Assembly (NCBI GenBank): GCA_016177025.1
Contig: JACOWB010000008.1
Span: 80,076-119,643 of the forward strand
Length of the DNA: 39,568 nucleotides
Direction of reading: 5' to 3'
Origin: Candidatus Aenigmatarchaeota archaeon
GTDB lineage: Archaea > Aenigmatarchaeota > Aenigmatarchaeia > CG10238-14 > SCSR01
Below the pieces are notes generated by a model, which did not search any database, was not told the origin of the DNA, and saw only the letters and a list, made by a program, of their open reading frames with translations. A program made the translations under genes and the position numbers. Positions 37,544 to 39,568 of this stretch are shown here, piece by piece; the stretch's first letter is position 1; the number at the start of each line of letters is the position of its first letter.

Positions 37544-39355
37544 ATGGTTGAAAAATTGGAGAAAATAATTCTCGACACTAGCATAATTGTGGATGGAAAA
37601 ATATCAGAGATGATAAAGACCGAGGAACTGACTAACGTAGAGCTCATTATTCCTTATGCCGTTCTTGATGAACTGCAGGCACAAGCATCGAAAGGAAGGG
37701 AGCCGGGGTTTGCGGGATTGGGTGAATTAAAATTATTGCGAGAAATCTGCGGGAAGAAAAAAATAAAAATGCGCTTCACAGGTGATAGACCCACCATGGA
37801 CGATATCAGGCTTGCAAAATCCGGAAGGATGGATGCACTGATTAGAGACGTGGCGAAAACTGAAAGCGGAACATTGTACACTGCCGACTATGTGCAAGCA
37901 TTGGTTGGTGAAGCCGAAGGTGTGAAAGTTAACCATATTCCTGCCGAAACCAAGACAGAAGGATTAAGATTTGAAAATTATTTCACTCCAGATACTTTAT
38001 CATTACACTTGAAGGAAGATGTTCCGCCAATGGCCAAAAAAGGCAAACCTGGAAAATTTGAATTGATGAAACTGAATGATGAACCATTATCACGAGGAAC
38101 CATTGAAGATATTATTCGCGAGATATCAGAGGCTGCAAGAATCAGTGAAGAGGGTTCTGTTGAGATTGTCCGTACCGGGGCGACGGTGATCCAGTTGGGA
38201 AGGTATAGAATAGCGATTGCAAGACCGCCGTTTTCTGATGGATTGGAAGTAACTATTGTTAGACCTGTTGTGAAACTTACCTTAGATGACTATAAGCTTT
38301 CTGAGAAATTGATGAAAAGATTGAAAGAAAGGGCGGAAGGAATCATAATTGCTGGCCCTCCTGGTTCTGGAAAATCAACGTTATGTGCAAGTTTGGTTGA
38401 ATTTTATCAAAAACAGGGAAAAATAATAAAAACATTGGAATCTCCGCGGGATTTGCAAGTTCCTCCTGAGGTAACACAATACGCGCCATTGGAAGGTGAT
38501 TTTGAGAAGACTGCGGATATACTGCTTTTAGTAAGGCCGGATTACTCTGCATTCGATGAAGTAAGAAAGACCAGAGATTTTGAAATATTCTCTGATTTGA
38601 GATTAGCTGGGGTAGGGATGATAGGTGTCGTGCATGCAAGCGAAGCTATCAATGCTATCCAAAGATTTATTGGAAGAATCGAACTTGGTGTTATTCCGCA
38701 TATACTTGATACTGTGATATTTGTCAAGGACGGTGAGATTAAAAAGGTTTATGATTTGAATTTGACTGTAAAGGTTCCTACAGGAATGGTCGAGGCTGAT
38801 TTGGCCAGGCCTCTGGTTGAGGTGAAAGATTTTGAAACTGGAAACCTTGAATACGAGATTTACACATTCGGTGAGGAGAATGTCATTATTCCTGTTAAAG
38901 AAGGTGGCACTATATCGCCATTAAAGAGATTGGCTAGCGAGAGAATCGTACAAGAGATTAGAAAATTCGATCCTGATGTCGAGGTTGAACTAGTTTCTGA
39001 TAACCAAGCTGTGGTAAGAGTTGACAATGAAGTTATTGCGAGATTGATTGGCAAAGAAGGCGCGACAATAAAGTCTTTGGAAGAAAGACTGGGCATACGC
39101 ATAGAAGTTGAACCTAGGACTGGTATGGTGGGAAATGAAATACAGTTTGAATTGTTTGAAAAGGGAAATGGCTTCGAGTTTATCTTCAACAGGAATCTGA
39201 TTGGCAAAGCTACAAGCATGTTCATCGAAGACCAGTTTTTGTTTTCCGCGACTATCGGGAAGAAAGGGAGCATCAAGATAACAAAGGAATCGGATATAGG
39301 CAAGGAACTGCTAAGGGCTCTTGTGGGAAAGAAAAAAATCAAAACCTTTTTATAG
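37544..39355 (+). CDS. PIN-domain ATPase with KH domains (PINA / COG1855)
   Basis: N-terminal PIN (ILDTS), GPPGSGKST, LLLVRPDY..FDEVR, GMIGVVHA, KH motif LIGKEG. Confidence 0.94.
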   Translation: MVEKLEKIILDTSIIVDGKISEMIKTEELTNVELIIPYAVLDELQAQASKGREPGFAGLGELKLLREICGKKKIKMRFTGDRPTMDDIRLAKSGRMDALIRDVAKTESGTLYTADYVQALVGEAEGVKVNHIPAETKTEGLRFENYFTPDTLSLHLKEDVPPMAKKGKPGKFELMKLNDEPLSRGTIEDIIREISEAARISEEGSVEIVRTGATVIQLGRYRIAIARPPFSDGLEVTIVRPVVKLTLDDYKLSEKLMKRLKERAEGIIIAGPPGSGKSTLCASLVEFYQKQGKIIKTLESPRDLQVPPEVTQYAPLEGDFEKTADILLLVRPDYSAFDEVRKTRDFEIFSDLRLAGVGMIGVVHASEAINAIQRFIGRIELGVIPHILDTVIFVKDGEIKKVYDLNLTVKVPTGMVEADLARPLVEVKDFETGNLEYEIYTFGEENVIIPVKEGGTISPLKRLASERIVQEIRKFDPDVEVELVSDNQAVVRVDNEVIARLIGKEGATIKSLEERLGIRIEVEPRTGMVGNEIQFELFEKGNGFEFIFNRNLIGKATSMFIEDQFLFSATIGKKGSIKITKESDIGKELLRALVGKKKIKTFL

Positions 39356-39375
39356 ATTGCCGGGTTTAAACTGTT

Positions 39376-39568
39376 ATGAAAGAGATACTTCCTGGAGACG
39401 GCATCAGAACCAAGAGAAAAATATATTGGCACTACGGGTTGTTTGCAGGGGATGTAGACGGGAAGAAGATGGTTTTTGAAAATACACTTAAAGGTGTTAG
39501 ACTCGTTACGCTGGAAGATTTTGCCAATGGAAAGGAATTAGAAGTCATTCCTTATGAGGGGGCTACAA
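39376..39568 (+). CDS. LRAT-family (permuted NlpC/P60) protein, 3'-truncated by window edge
   Basis: Manual translation MKEILPGDGIRTKRKIYWHYGLFAGDVDGKKMVFENTLKGVRLVTLEDFANGK; PGD.I...R..Y.HYG..GD and L..F..G pattern. Confidence 0.72.
   Translation, partial: MKEILPGDGIRTKRKIYWHYGLFAGDVDGKKMVFENTLKGVRLVTLEDFANGKELEVIPYEGAT

Noticed and set aside
191-39432. Numerous antisense/overlapping ORFs in the six-frame track (e.g. 1129-1950, 3036-3488, 10073-10645, 38860-39432)
   Set aside because: They are shadows of well-supported genes on the opposite strand with no recognisable motifs.
1-39568. CRISPR array, transposase or rRNA
   Set aside because: No regularly spaced repeats, mobile-element motifs or rRNA-like segments were seen; nearly all sequence is accounted for by CDSs.

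Overview
Archaeal chromosome segment, most likely from a reduced-genome DPANN lineage (inferred from gene content; Aenigmarchaeota-like is a guess). It carries the proteasome/exosome superoperon (psmA, SBDS, rrp4/41/42, plus an unlisted rpl39e) and a broken-up rps6e-eIF2g-PIN-PPase-rpoE-spt4-rps24e-rps27ae cluster in which a membrane H+-PPase occupies the usual soluble-PPase slot. It also has two pilin loci, genes for six aminoacyl-tRNA synthetases (Trp, Phe, Leu, Ala, Ile, His), MinD, a KaiC-like ATPase, a FIST protein, an acyl-AMP ligase/ALDH/aminotransferase cassette, MBF1, PINA and a partial LRAT-family gene. Two signals stand out. (1) trpS, ileS and hisS each have a 75-95 nt leader containing a promoter-proximal micro-ORF with the cognate amino-acid codon, followed by a shared pyrimidine-rich motif: a candidate archaeal aaRS attenuation system. 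(2) A tRNA-Arg(UCU) gene appears to be split by four BHB-type introns whose overlapping motifs imply a splicing order. No CRISPR array, integrase or transposase was seen.
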